A program made the position numbers and the translations under genes. The notes below the pieces were generated by a model that did no database searches, had not been told where the DNA came from, and saw nothing but the letters and a program-made list of their open reading frames with translations. This document shows, piece after piece, positions 50,845 to 60,922 of a stretch of 64,000 nt of DNA. Source of the DNA: Candidatus Latescibacterota bacterium (GTDB taxonomy: Bacteria > Latescibacterota > UBA2968 > GCA-2709665). The stretch spans positions 608,001 to 672,000 of the forward strand of contig CBDDDZ010000002.1 in assembly GCA_965226795.1 (NCBI GenBank), read 5' to 3'. Every line of letters starts with the position of its first letter. Position 1 is the stretch's first letter.

Positions 50845-51010
50845 AGCAACGTTTCGGGACGAGGACCGTGGAAGACGGAAGGGGAGATCCAGAGGGCGCC
50901 GGCCGGATGTACGCATATCGTTTCCGCCGCGCCTTCGGACAGCGCAGATACGGAGTCGTTCCCTCACGAGACAGGCTGTCGATCTATTCTTATCATTGAG
51001 GTGTCCTGTT

Positions 51011-52018
51011 ATGGCTAAACCCGAAGTCATCCTTTCCGGTTTTGCGGATGAAGGTCCCGTGAGCAAGCGGGCCGAAGAGCAACTGACGATGATGTCCGCC
51101 CTCGGGCTGTCGTATTACACGATCCGGTTCATCGATCTTGGCAATGGCGTGAAGAACGTCATGGAACTTTCAGACGAGGAAGTGCAACGGCTTCAGGATC
51201 TGCACAAAGCGTTCCGGATCAGCGTATCCAGCGTGGGTTCACCGCTGGGCAAGGTCAAGCTCGTGGATAAGGACGACGGGACACAGAATCGATACGTCCC
51301 GTTTGAATCCTATCTGAAACACGACGTGCAGCGGGCAATCGATCTCGCCCACGCGTTCGACACCAAGTTGCTCAGGGGGTTCAGCTACTACCATCCGAAC
51401 AGAGAGGATCCGTGGGCGTACCTGGACAGGGCGGCGGAGCAACTCGGGCAGATTGTGGAGAAGTGCGCGTCGGCAGGCCTGGTTTACGGTATGGAGGTGG
51501 AGGCCGACCTGGTTGGCGGCGATGGCGACACGTTGATCGCGTTGTACGAAAAAGTCGATAGTCCGTACGTCTGCATTATTCCGGACGTGGGGAATATGGA
51601 GTCCAAGGGTCACAGCCCGGACAGCGCATACGAGCACTATGTCAAGATGAAGCCCGGCGTGGGCTGGATACACATCAAGGGTTTCAACAACCCGTCGAAC
51701 CAGGCCATGCTGGCCGCGGCGGGAGAGCGGGGCTTAACCCGGTTCATCCCCGTGGACCGGGGCGATTCGGGTCACGAGCAGGTGTTGCGCGACTTCCGTA
51801 CCCTGGTGCCGGAAATCCATGAGCGCCTTTCTCCGCTGGGTGTGCCGGGCGTATTCGTGGACCTGGAGCCGCACGTGAAAGGCGGCGGCCAGTTCGGCGG
51901 CGTCAGCGGCGTGGATGGGTTCGGCGTGGCCTTTCGCAGCCTCTGCCGCCTTCTGGATTATCTGGAGTACGACTATCATCTAACCGGGTACGAAGATATT
52001 TCAAATCCCGCGGCGTGA
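51011..52018 (+). CDS. Sugar phosphate isomerase/epimerase (xylose isomerase-like TIM barrel)
   Basis: LSGFADE, VGSPLGK, GME, D.GN, IHIK, DLEPH. Confidence 0.85.
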   Translation: MAKPEVILSGFADEGPVSKRAEEQLTMMSALGLSYYTIRFIDLGNGVKNVMELSDEEVQRLQDLHKAFRISVSSVGSPLGKVKLVDKDDGTQNRYVPFESYLKHDVQRAIDLAHAFDTKLLRGFSYYHPNREDPWAYLDRAAEQLGQIVEKCASAGLVYGMEVEADLVGGDGDTLIALYEKVDSPYVCIIPDVGNMESKGHSPDSAYEHYVKMKPGVGWIHIKGFNNPSNQAMLAAAGERGLTRFIPVDRGDSGHEQVLRDFRTLVPEIHERLSPLGVPGVFVDLEPHVKGGGQFGGVSGVDGFGVAFRSLCRLLDYLEYDYHLTGYEDISNPAA

Positions 52019-52039
52019 ACTCTCGCGGGCGGATAAAAG

Positions 52040-52072
52040 CAGGGGTGCGATTTTCGCGCCCCTGATCTTTTT
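52040..52072 (+). terminator. Rho-independent terminator
   Basis: CAGGGGTGCG-ATTTT-CGCGCCCCTG-ATCTTTTT. Confidence 0.6.
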
Positions 52073-52093
52073 GGTCTCTAATCCGAGGTCTCA

Positions 52094-54379
52094 GTGGCTG
52101 TTTCTTCCCCCCCGTCGGAATCCAACAGGGTTACCTTCGCACGGAGCCTGGGTTGTTTCGACGCATCGATGATCGGCATCGGAGCGATGATCGGCGCGGG
52201 GATCTTCGTGCTGACGGGCATCGCGGCGGGCGAAGCGGGCCCGGCGTCGATTCTGGCATTCGCGCTCAACGGCGTGGTGACCCTGATGACGGCGTTCTGC
52301 TATGCCGAACTCTCATCGGCGATTCCTGAGGCAGGCGGGGGTTATTCGTTCGTCAAGAAGGCGTTTCCCGGCCCCGTGGGGTTTCTGTCCGGATGGATGC
52401 TCTGGTTCGCCTACACGGTAGCCTGCAGTCTCTACGCGTTGGGGTTTGCGGGATATTTCTGGGAGTTTTTCCACAAGTACCTGCCGGACGTCAGCCATAC
52501 GATTCAGGCGACGGTCGGGGTCCAGCCCTCGGTTGCGCTGGTGACGTTGATCGTCATCGGCGTCTTTGTCTGGTTGAACGTACGCGGCACGGAGGTGACG
52601 GGCAAGGCGGAGAACGTGATCACCATCTCCAAGATTCTCGTGCTTCTGGTTTTTGTCTGGTACGGGCTCATGCACATTTACGCTACCCCCCACGAGGCGG
52701 CGAAGAGTTTCTCCCCATTTTTCCCGAAGGGGTTTGGCGGTGTGCTGGTGGCCATGGGGCTGACGTTCATCGCGTTTGAAGGGTACGATCTCATCGCGAC
52801 CGTTGCCGAGGAAATCAAACAGCCCGAGACGAATATTCCGAAGGCCACGTTCATTTCCCTGGGCGTGACCATGGTTGTCTATCTGCTGATCGTCTTTGTT
52901 TCCCTGGGCGCGGTTCAACCGGAGTCCACCACGTCGTGGGAGTTTCTGGGCCGATACCAGGAAACGGCGATTGTGAAAGCCGCAGACAGTTTCATGCCGG
53001 CGTTTGGCGTGGCAACCATCGTCTTCGGCGGGTTACTGTCCACCATGTCCGCGCTGAACGCGACGGTGCTGGCCTCCAGTCGCGTGGCCTTTTCCATGGG
53101 CAGAGACCGGTGGCTGCCGCCGGGCATGGCCAGGATACATTCCGACAGGCGGACCCCGCATATAGCGATTCTGGTCACCGGTTTGATTATGATGGGCATC
53201 TCGCTGCTCCTGCCCATCCACGTGGTCGGGTCGGCGGCAAGCCTGATGTTTCTGCTCACGTTCACGCTCGTTAATCTGTCACTGGTTGTGCTTCGGCGGC
53301 GGGCGCCGGAAATTGAGCGCAGGTACCGGGTGCCGCTCTTTCCGTGGGTGCCGCTGATTGGCGCGGCTTCCAATATGTTCCTGGCGATCTATCAGTTCCG
53401 GTTCGATCCGATGGCGTGGTACGTTGCGCTGGGGTGGATCGCGGTGGGATTTTTCGCGTATTCCATCTATTTCCAAAAGCAATCGGGGGAGACCGAGCCT
53501 CACGTTCTGGATGCGCTGCCCCTGGAGACCGCTCGTGCGCCCTTCCGGGTGCTGGTGCCCGTGGCCAATCCGAATACGATCGCGTCGTTGCTGGATATTT
53601 CCATTCCCGTTGTAAAGGCCAAAGATGGCGATCTGATCGTGAGTACCACCGTGGAGGTGCCGATCCAGTTGCCCATCCAGGAAGGCATGAAGTACATCAA
53701 CCACCGGATGCCGTTGTTGCGGGCGGCGCAGGCCTATGCGAAGAAGCAGAACCTGCGCGTGGTGTCGGACATCCGGGTGGCGCACCGTCTGGACGAAGGC
53801 ATTCTTTCGGCGGTATCGGACGAGCACGTGGACCTGCTGGTGATAGGATGGAAGGGTTATACCACCACGCGGGAACGGATTTTCGGCGAAGTGCTCGACA
53901 GGGTTGTGAACCGCGCCACCGCCGACGTGGTGGTTGCCAAGTTACAGGAGCAGGCCAGCTTCGATCGAATACTCCTGCCGACCGCCGGCGGGCCCCATAC
54001 GCGGTTCGCCGTTGATTTGCTGGAGCCGATCGTTGCCGCGCACGGTTCAAGGGTGACGGCCTGCTACGTGATACCTGAAGATGCGGACGAGGAGCGGGAA
54101 CGGGAGGCCATGGGGTGGATGCAGCACACGCTTCGGGATGCGAATCTGGGCGAGGTGGAATGCCGGGCGATCCGTTCCCGGTCCGTACCGGCGGGCATTG
54201 TCAGGGCGGGAGCGGACTTCGATCTGGTCGTGATGGGCGCGGCCAATACGGGCCTGTTCCAGCAGCTTCTGTTCGGTGAGGTGCCGGACAGGGTGGGGCG
54301 TTACGCCAAGACTTCGGTGATGCTGGTAAAAAAGCGCGAAGGCCGGGGGAAGGCCTGGCTGCGGCGATTGATGAGTTGA
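52094..54379 (+). CDS. APC amino acid permease with C-terminal tandem USP domains
   Basis: GAMIGAGIF, YAELSSAIPEAGGGY, FIAFEG, AEEIK.P..NIP; C-terminal VLVPVANP, ILLPTAGGPH, LFGEVP. Confidence 0.92.
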   Translation: MAVSSPPSESNRVTFARSLGCFDASMIGIGAMIGAGIFVLTGIAAGEAGPASILAFALNGVVTLMTAFCYAELSSAIPEAGGGYSFVKKAFPGPVGFLSGWMLWFAYTVACSLYALGFAGYFWEFFHKYLPDVSHTIQATVGVQPSVALVTLIVIGVFVWLNVRGTEVTGKAENVITISKILVLLVFVWYGLMHIYATPHEAAKSFSPFFPKGFGGVLVAMGLTFIAFEGYDLIATVAEEIKQPETNIPKATFISLGVTMVVYLLIVFVSLGAVQPESTTSWEFLGRYQETAIVKAADSFMPAFGVATIVFGGLLSTMSALNATVLASSRVAFSMGRDRWLPPGMARIHSDRRTPHIAILVTGLIMMGISLLLPIHVVGSAASLMFLLTFTLVNLSLVVLRRRAPEIERRYRVPLFPWVPLIGAASNMFLAIYQFRFDPMAWYVALGWIAVGFFAYSIYFQKQSGETEPHVLDALPLETARAPFRVLVPVANPNTIASLLDISIPVVKAKDGDLIVSTTVEVPIQLPIQEGMKYINHRMPLLRAAQAYAKKQNLRVVSDIRVAHRLDEGILSAVSDEHVDLLVIGWKGYTTTRERIFGEVLDRVVNRATADVVVAKLQEQASFDRILLPTAGGPHTRFAVDLLEPIVAAHGSRVTACYVIPEDADEEREREAMGWMQHTLRDANLGEVECRAIRSRSVPAGIVRAGADFDLVVMGAANTGLFQQLLFGEVPDRVGRYAKTSVMLVKKREGRGKAWLRRLMS

Positions 54380-54390
54380 GAGGAGACACC

Positions 54391-55665
54391 ATGTTGAACG
54401 GAGGCGCAATCAGCCTGGACATCACGCCGTCGCTGGGAACGAAGATTCCGGGTCTGTTTCACGAGCGCAGGGCGGAGGCGGTCCACGATCCGCTGAACGT
54501 GCGCAGTTTCGTGCTGGAACGCGACGGCTCGGGTATCGCGATTGTCGTATGTGACCTGATCGGCGTGGCGCGGGCATACCTGGACGCGGCGAAGGCGCGG
54601 ATTGCTGAAACCACCCCGCTGGCGCCCGAACGGGTACTGATTTGCTGTACGCATACCCATACGGGCGCACAGACGGGAGAGGACGCTTATACGGAATTCC
54701 TCGTGGATCGAATTGCGGATTCCGTGCGTCTGGCCTGGCGCGGGCGCGAACCGGTGGCGGCGGGCTGGGGGCGCGCGGAAGAGGGACGGCCGGTATTCAA
54801 CCGGCGTTTCCATATGGCCGACGGCACGGTGCGGACCAACCCGGGCCTGGGCAATCCGGACGTTGTAAGGGCCGCCGGCCCCGTGGATCCTGAGGTGGGG
54901 GTGCTCTGCTTCCGGAAACCGGATGGCGTTCCCCTGGGATTGTTGTGCAACTACGCGTTGCACTACGTGGGTGGGGGAGACCACGAGCGGGCGATTTCGG
55001 CGGACTATTTCGGGTACTTTACGCGTCTCATCCAGCGGATGCAAGGTCATCGGTTTACGGCGGCGCTTTCGAACGGCGCTTCGGGCGACATCAACAATCA
55101 CGACGTCATGGGTGGAAGCAGAGGCGCAAACGACCGATACCAGCATACGGAACGCGTCGCCGCGCTGGTGGCGGCCCAGGCCTTCTGGGCATGGAATGAG
55201 ATGGAATTCGCCGGCGATCTGACTCTGGGCGCCGAGATGGTCGAAGTGGCGCTGCAGCGGAAGGCCGGCCCTTCGCCGGCGGACGTCGCCCGGGCTCAGG
55301 AAATCGACAAAAAGGGACGAGGAACCATGGCGGAGCGGGCATTCGCCCGGCGGATTCTACGACGGATGGCGGAAGCGCCTGAGGAAGCGCGAACGTGGGT
55401 GCAGGCGTTACGGATCGGAGACCTGGCCCTGGTGGGCGTTCCGGGAGAACTGCTGGTGAGACTCGGGCTGGACATCAAGAAACGGTCTCCGTTCGGGCAC
55501 ACGATGGTGCTGGAACTGGCTAACGACAGCGTGGGATATCTGCCCGACGAACAGGCCTTTAATGAGGGCGGCTACGAACCCGAAGCGGCCCTGTTCACGC
55601 CGGGTTCGGGCGAGCGGATCGTGGACGCGGCCGTTGGCCTGCTGGACCGGTTTTACCGATTTTAG
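54391..55665 (+). CDS. Neutral ceramidase-like amidohydrolase (second paralog)
   Basis: DITP, HDPL.VR, CTHTHTG, FNRR, NYALH, ISADY, GA.GDIN, PGE, GGYE. Confidence 0.85.
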   Translation: MLNGGAISLDITPSLGTKIPGLFHERRAEAVHDPLNVRSFVLERDGSGIAIVVCDLIGVARAYLDAAKARIAETTPLAPERVLICCTHTHTGAQTGEDAYTEFLVDRIADSVRLAWRGREPVAAGWGRAEEGRPVFNRRFHMADGTVRTNPGLGNPDVVRAAGPVDPEVGVLCFRKPDGVPLGLLCNYALHYVGGGDHERAISADYFGYFTRLIQRMQGHRFTAALSNGASGDINNHDVMGGSRGANDRYQHTERVAALVAAQAFWAWNEMEFAGDLTLGAEMVEVALQRKAGPSPADVARAQEIDKKGRGTMAERAFARRILRRMAEAPEEARTWVQALRIGDLALVGVPGELLVRLGLDIKKRSPFGHTMVLELANDSVGYLPDEQAFNEGGYEPEAALFTPGSGERIVDAAVGLLDRFYRF

Positions 55666-55723
55666 TGTCCCGTCCCGGAAATATTTCACCATTCGGCAAT
55701 CTATTTCCGGGACAGAACACCAG
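55663..55723 (-). mobile_element. IS630-like MITE, copy 1
   Basis: TAGTGTCCCGTCCCGGAAATA...TATTTCCGGGACAGAACAC terminal inverted repeats; its TAG is the upstream stop codon. Confidence 0.75.
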
Positions 55724-55793
55724 GCGCCGGCACGGATCGGTCTGGGCGTGGAAAGCGGGCCGACGTCCGGCTTGAAATAAACGAGGAGGAAAT

Positions 55794-56837
55794 ATGTCCG
55801 AAAAGGTACGTATCGGGATAATCGGCGCAGGCGGCATTTTCCGCAGCCGGCATTTCCCGGGGTTGGCGAAAATCGGGGATGCGGAGGTGGTTGCCATCTG
55901 TAACCGGAGCGAGGCGAGCGCGGGGGCGATCGCCCGTGAGTTCGGCCTTTCGCCGAGACTGATGACGGATCCCTACGCGTTGATCGCGAGCGATGACGTG
56001 GACGCGGTGATGATCGGTACCTGGCCGTACCGGCACTGCGAATACGTGCTGGCGTCCCTTGGCTCGGGAAAGCATGTATTCGTACAGGCGCGGATGGCGA
56101 TGAATCTGCGCGAGGCAAAGGCCATGTACGCCAGGGCGAAGGAGACGGGTCTGGTCGCGCAGATCTGTCCGTCGCCCATGGCGATGAAGGGCGACTGGTT
56201 CATCCAGCGGCTGATCCGCGAGGGATACCTGGGCGACGTCTACCACGTCTATACCCGGTCGTTCAGCGGCGACAACTGCGACCCGGATCAACCGCTGCAC
56301 TGGCGGCAGGTCGACCGGTATTCCGGATTGAACGCGCTGAACATGGGCATCCTGGTGGAAATCGTGCAACGATGGGCCGGCCAGATGAGGACGTTATCGG
56401 CGCAGTCGGAGACGTTTATCAGGGCCCGGCCGCTTGCCGGCGGCCAGGGAATGGGGCCGGTGGAGCGCCCCGATGCCGTGCATATAATGGGTCAGATGGA
56501 GAACGGCGCGCAGGCCGTGTTTCTGTTTTCCTCGGTGGCGCGGTTTGGCGTGGATCCCCAGGTGGAGATTTACGGCAGCAATGGGACGTTGATCTACAAG
56601 CTGGACAGCGATACCATTCTGGGCGGGCAGGCAGGAGACGACGGGCTGTCGGAGATTCCCATTCCGGATGTCGAAGCCCGCGAGTGGACCGTGGAGCAGG
56701 ATTTTGTGAGTGCGATTCAGGGCGGGCCTCCGGGGGACACAACCTTTGACGCGGGCTTGAAGTATATGGCGTTTACCGAGGCGGTGTTCAGATCCGTGGA
56801 ACGGAGCGGCGTGGTGCATCTGCCCCTGGTGGATTGA
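55794..56837 (+). CDS. Gfo/Idh/MocA family oxidoreductase
   Basis: IGIIGAG, ICNRS, DAVMIGTWP..H, GKHVF.QARMA. Confidence 0.9.
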   Translation: MSEKVRIGIIGAGGIFRSRHFPGLAKIGDAEVVAICNRSEASAGAIAREFGLSPRLMTDPYALIASDDVDAVMIGTWPYRHCEYVLASLGSGKHVFVQARMAMNLREAKAMYARAKETGLVAQICPSPMAMKGDWFIQRLIREGYLGDVYHVYTRSFSGDNCDPDQPLHWRQVDRYSGLNALNMGILVEIVQRWAGQMRTLSAQSETFIRARPLAGGQGMGPVERPDAVHIMGQMENGAQAVFLFSSVARFGVDPQVEIYGSNGTLIYKLDSDTILGGQAGDDGLSEIPIPDVEAREWTVEQDFVSAIQGGPPGDTTFDAGLKYMAFTEAVFRSVERSGVVHLPLVD

Positions 56838-57011
56838 TCGCACGGCCCCGGCGGGAGACCGAACCGCCGCCGCCTCATTTCGGTCCGATCTCGTTCAGTT
56901 TTCCGCGCCGTTGGGGCGGCGACGCTCACCCGTCAACCGGAAATCCGTACTGGCCGGCGGTTAAGCGTTCCGCCGGCCGTTGACCTGGAGGCTTTGGAGC
57001 AATCCGAAAGG

Positions 57012-58037
57012 ATGGGTGTCGTGGCAGCGGAATACCAAATCGCGGTCGTGGGTACGGGGTATATCGGCCTGGAGCATATCAAGGCGATTGCGGGGCATCC
57101 GCAGGCGGCGTTGCATGCGATCTGCGGATCGGAGCGCAACATGGGTCGATTGCAGGAGATGAAGGCGGAATACGAGGCCGAAAGGGTGACGACGGACTAC
57201 GGCGAGATTGTTTCGGACGAAGCGGTCGACGTGGTCTATCTGTGCACGCCCAACCGGCTGCATGCCGATGAGGCCGTGGCGGCGCTGGAGGCCGGCAAGC
57301 ACGTGTTCTGCGAAAAACCGATGGCGACCACGTTGCAGGATTGCCGGCGCATGGTCGCCGCGGTAACGCGGTCCGGCCGGCAGTTGATGGTGGGGCATGG
57401 GGCGCGTTTCAGACAGTTGCACCGGGCGGTGAAGGATCTGTTTGATTCCGGTAAGCTGGGAGAGGCCTGTTTCTGCGAGTCGGATTACGTCCATTCGCTG
57501 GGGCCGTTCCTGCGGGGTCCGGGACACCAGTGGTGGCGGCACCGGGGCGAAGGACAATTCGCGGTGATTGGCGGGGCGTGCCATCCGCTGGACCTGATGC
57601 GCTGGATCGTGGGTGAACTGGAGGAGGTATCGGCCTATGGCGTCACGAAGGTCCTGCACGACGTGAATTGGCACGATACGGTAATCGCGTCGTTGAAGTT
57701 CAGGAACGGCGCGGTTGGAAAGTGCCTGGTGTCCGTGGGAGCGCCCCGTCCGTATTCGATGACGTTCAATCTGTACGGAACCGAAGGCACGGTGGAGGAG
57801 AACCGGCTCTATCTGAAGGAATTCGGAGAAATAGAGGCATTCGCGGATATCCCGTTTCCGGTGTTGGGCGAGGTGCACGCCTGCGCCGAGGAACTGGCGC
57901 ATTTCCTGCACTGCCTGGATACGGGTGAAACGCCGATGATCGACGTGAGGGACGGGGCCCGGACGATGGCGGCGTGTTTCGCGGTGGCGGAATCGATAGA
58001 AACCGGCCGGCCCGAGAAGGTGGTGACGGAATTCTGA
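57012..58037 (+). CDS. Gfo/Idh/MocA family oxidoreductase
   Basis: VVGTGYIG..H, CTPN.LH, GKHVFCEKPMA, H.LD. Confidence 0.93.
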   Translation: MGVVAAEYQIAVVGTGYIGLEHIKAIAGHPQAALHAICGSERNMGRLQEMKAEYEAERVTTDYGEIVSDEAVDVVYLCTPNRLHADEAVAALEAGKHVFCEKPMATTLQDCRRMVAAVTRSGRQLMVGHGARFRQLHRAVKDLFDSGKLGEACFCESDYVHSLGPFLRGPGHQWWRHRGEGQFAVIGGACHPLDLMRWIVGELEEVSAYGVTKVLHDVNWHDTVIASLKFRNGAVGKCLVSVGAPRPYSMTFNLYGTEGTVEENRLYLKEFGEIEAFADIPFPVLGEVHACAEELAHFLHCLDTGETPMIDVRDGARTMAACFAVAESIETGRPEKVVTEF

Positions 58038-58072
58038 ATCGGGTTTCGGCTTGTCGCGGAGAGGGATGCAAG

Positions 58073-58936
58073 ATGGGTGCCGTGCGGCTGGTGGCGTTTG
58101 ATCTGGATGGGACGCTGCTCGACGACAGGGGCCGGATTTCAGGCGCGTCCGTCGATACGCTGCGGCGTCTGTCAAGAGCGGGCATTCCTCTGGCTTCGAT
58201 CAGTGGACGAAACGTGGGGAAAAGCCTGACGCCGTTTTCGCCCGATCTGAGAGCGGCGCTGAACGTAGGGAGCTACAATGGAGCGATGGTGCTGGGAAAT
58301 GGCGTCGATAACCAGCGACCGTTGTTGCACGAACAGCGATTGCCGCGGGATGGACTTCCCGATCTGTTGCGTTTTATCGGCGATTGTCGGTTGAATTTCA
58401 TCTACTGCCGGTGCGAGACTGACAGTCACGGCCTGAATGAAACCTATCTGACCGACGAGGTGACCGAGCCGGTTCGAAATCTGGTTCGTATGACGGACGT
58501 GGATATCCTGCTTGATGAGGACCTGTTCGACAGGATACAGCGGCGGGAACTCGGTCCGCCGCCGAAGATGATCGTACTGCCGGGGCCGGCGCGACGGGAG
58601 GAGGTGTTCGACGGGATGCACGCGGCGTTCGGGCCACGGTTCTATCTGGCGCGCACGGGAGACGACCGGATCGAAATTATGCATCCGGAAGTGAACAAGG
58701 CGGTGGCACTGCGGAAGCTCTGCGAGGCGTGCGGTGTTTCCCCTTCGCAGGCGCTGGCGGTCGGAGACGGGGACAACGATCTTCCGATGCTCAGAGCGGC
58801 GGGCATTGGCGTTTTAATGGGAAACGCAGATAGCCTGACCAGGGATTCAGCCGCCGAGGCCGGCGTGCAGATGGCCGAGTCGCTGGAGGACGACGGGTTT
58901 TCAAAAACCGTGGCGAGGTACGTGCTGGACGGTTAG
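58073..58936 (+). CDS. Cof-like HAD-IIB hydrolase
   Basis: FDLDGTLL, SGR, NGA, NK..AL, VGDGDNDLPML. Confidence 0.92.
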   Translation: MGAVRLVAFDLDGTLLDDRGRISGASVDTLRRLSRAGIPLASISGRNVGKSLTPFSPDLRAALNVGSYNGAMVLGNGVDNQRPLLHEQRLPRDGLPDLLRFIGDCRLNFIYCRCETDSHGLNETYLTDEVTEPVRNLVRMTDVDILLDEDLFDRIQRRELGPPPKMIVLPGPARREEVFDGMHAAFGPRFYLARTGDDRIEIMHPEVNKAVALRKLCEACGVSPSQALAVGDGDNDLPMLRAAGIGVLMGNADSLTRDSAAEAGVQMAESLEDDGFSKTVARYVLDG

Positions 58937-58940
58937 TGTT

Positions 58941-59708
58941 TCACTCCGATCGGTTATCGGAATCTTCCTCGATCCGCGCCTGCAGGTCCACGCTGCTGGA
59001 CAGAATGTGGTCTTCCATGGCCTGCTGCGCGGCTTCGGCATCGCCATCCCGGAGGGCGCGCAGGATTTTCCCGTGTTCGTCCAGCGACATCCGGGCGCGC
59101 GCTTCCACCGTGTGGGTTGCGGGTTCCTCCAGGCTGGCTCCGATCCACTGCTGAAGGTAGTTGCGGATCATTGCAAGAAGGTTGCAGAGGATCGAATTCT
59201 GTGTGGCCCGCGCAACGGCCATGTGGAATCGGACGTCGAATTCCAGGAATTCCGCGGGCTGGTCGAGGGATGCTTCGATTCCGAGGATTGTCCGTTCGAG
59301 TTCCAGGAAGTCATCTTCCGTTGCGCGCCTCGCAGCCAGAAATGCGTTCCGGGTTTCCAGCATGAGCCGGGTCTCGACGAGGTCCTTGACTTCCTTGGGG
59401 TCCAGCAGCAGACCCCATCGGAGGGAATTTTCCAGGTATCGGCCGGTGTTGTCGCTAACGAACGTGCCCTCGCCGACACGGCCTTCCAGGATGCCCATTA
59501 CGGAGAGGGAGCGCAGCGCTTCCCTCAGGGAGGTCCGGCCGACGTGGAACTGTTTGCACAGGCTTCTTTCCGGCGGCAGCCGATCGCCCGGTTTCAGCAC
59601 GTCCCGGGAGATCAGGTCGATGATCTGGGCGACAATTTCGTCGCACAGGGAGGTGCGCCTGACGGGCGTCATCTGCTCAACGGCCGGGGCTTTCCGTTGT
59701 TGGTTCAC
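58941..59708 (-). CDS. GntR/FadR family transcriptional regulator
   Basis: LKPGDRLPPER.L...F.VGRTSLREALR.L...G.L....GEGTFV; FCD domain D..FH...A.A..N, EH, M..H. Confidence 0.95.
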   Translation of the reverse strand: MNQQRKAPAVEQMTPVRRTSLCDEIVAQIIDLISRDVLKPGDRLPPERSLCKQFHVGRTSLREALRSLSVMGILEGRVGEGTFVSDNTGRYLENSLRWGLLLDPKEVKDLVETRLMLETRNAFLAARRATEDDFLELERTILGIEASLDQPAEFLEFDVRFHMAVARATQNSILCNLLAMIRNYLQQWIGASLEEPATHTVEARARMSLDEHGKILRALRDGDAEAAQQAMEDHILSSSVDLQARIEEDSDNRSE

Positions 59709-59809
59709 GTGATCTTCCCTCTATTAATCAGGATTTTACTTATTTGATTCAGAAACCGAAACCTACATGGATGGATGGAGTATACCAAGATCGAACCTCA
59801 AATTCAACA

Positions 59810-60640
59810 TCCACTTCTCCCCAGATTCCCTGCCTACGGCGTGTTCCTTTTGAAGCGACCAAAAGGAACCAAAAGTCGCCGCTGGGCGCTGGGCCTGCCA
59901 TATGCACAGCGCGAATCCCGTCACAGGATGCACAAAATCCTCTGTCCTGCCACCGGCGGAAGCAAATCGATCCGCGTTGCTGGACGGATCAGCGCGCTCT
60001 GCTCTGGTTGCCCTCCGGTCAGGACATTCCTTCGTAGACCAATCGGCATTTGAATGATGAGGACAGCCGTTAGCTATCGGCTATTAGAATTCAGCTTAAA
60101 CCGGACAACGATACGGCGTATTGATGCGAATCAGCGATATATGCGCCGTTATGCGGGCGACTCTGAGAGTCGCCCCTACAAATTCGACGTCGGCGCGGAC
60201 CTCTCCCCACGGCCTCCTCTGCTGAAGGAATGGGGGAGAAATCAGGACGCTCGCCAGACAGCAGGGAGCGGCAGAACCAGGCGTTCACTGTTGTCCGGAA
60301 AAACCGCCGGTACAACAGATCGCCCGCCGTGCGGGCAGACGTGGATTCCGCGGCTTATCGAGAAACGTTACTTTCGTACCGAACCTCGTAGGATCCAATC
60401 AAGCGTGCGGTTGTTGGGTTGGGGGTTTTTCCGTGCTAATCCGTACAGCAACATAGTTCGGGATGGCCTGCTCTGGCGACACGGTACCCAATTTCCATTT
60501 GCGCCACTGAGGCGGTTCACGGAAAAACCGGCCCTGCGCCGAGCGGCCTGCCTGCGCCGAGCCGTGCTCGGCAGGCAGGCGCGGTTCTTTTTGGTCCTTT
60601 TTCTTACGCGAATAAGAAAAAGGACGAAGGAAAAATAGAG
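59810..60640 (-). repeat. Long composite non-coding repeat, copy 2 (inverted relative to copy 1, contains a GTAG-REP)
   Basis: Reverse-complement matches to 39270-39835; GTAGGGGCGACTCTCAGAGTCGCCC on the minus strand at ~60154-60179. Confidence 0.85.
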
Positions 60641-60800
60641 GATGATGGAAAAACAAAGGCCAGTGTCACCCCGGAAACCAGTTCTAAAATGCAGTAAGAG
60701 GTGAGTAGAGGGTCGACGTCAGAGCAGGACACCGCAGCCATACCCGATGAATCGGTGGCCCAATGGCGTGAAATTTCGGGGACAGCACCGAAATTTTCGC

Positions 60801-60854
60801 TTTACAAAGATCTGTTTTTGGGTTAATCTTATAGTCCAGAATTGGTCTGACCAT
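60801..60854 (+). promoter_or_regulatory. Candidate promoter with FadR-type operator
   Basis: TTTACA-17 nt-TAATCT followed by AATTGGTCTGACCAT (TGGT-N3-ACCA). Confidence 0.6.
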
Positions 60855-60922
60855 CATCACAATAGCAAAAGAACAGACCGGGTTCCCTGCTGTCAAGGGA
60901 AAATTTTCCGGAGGATGGCGCG

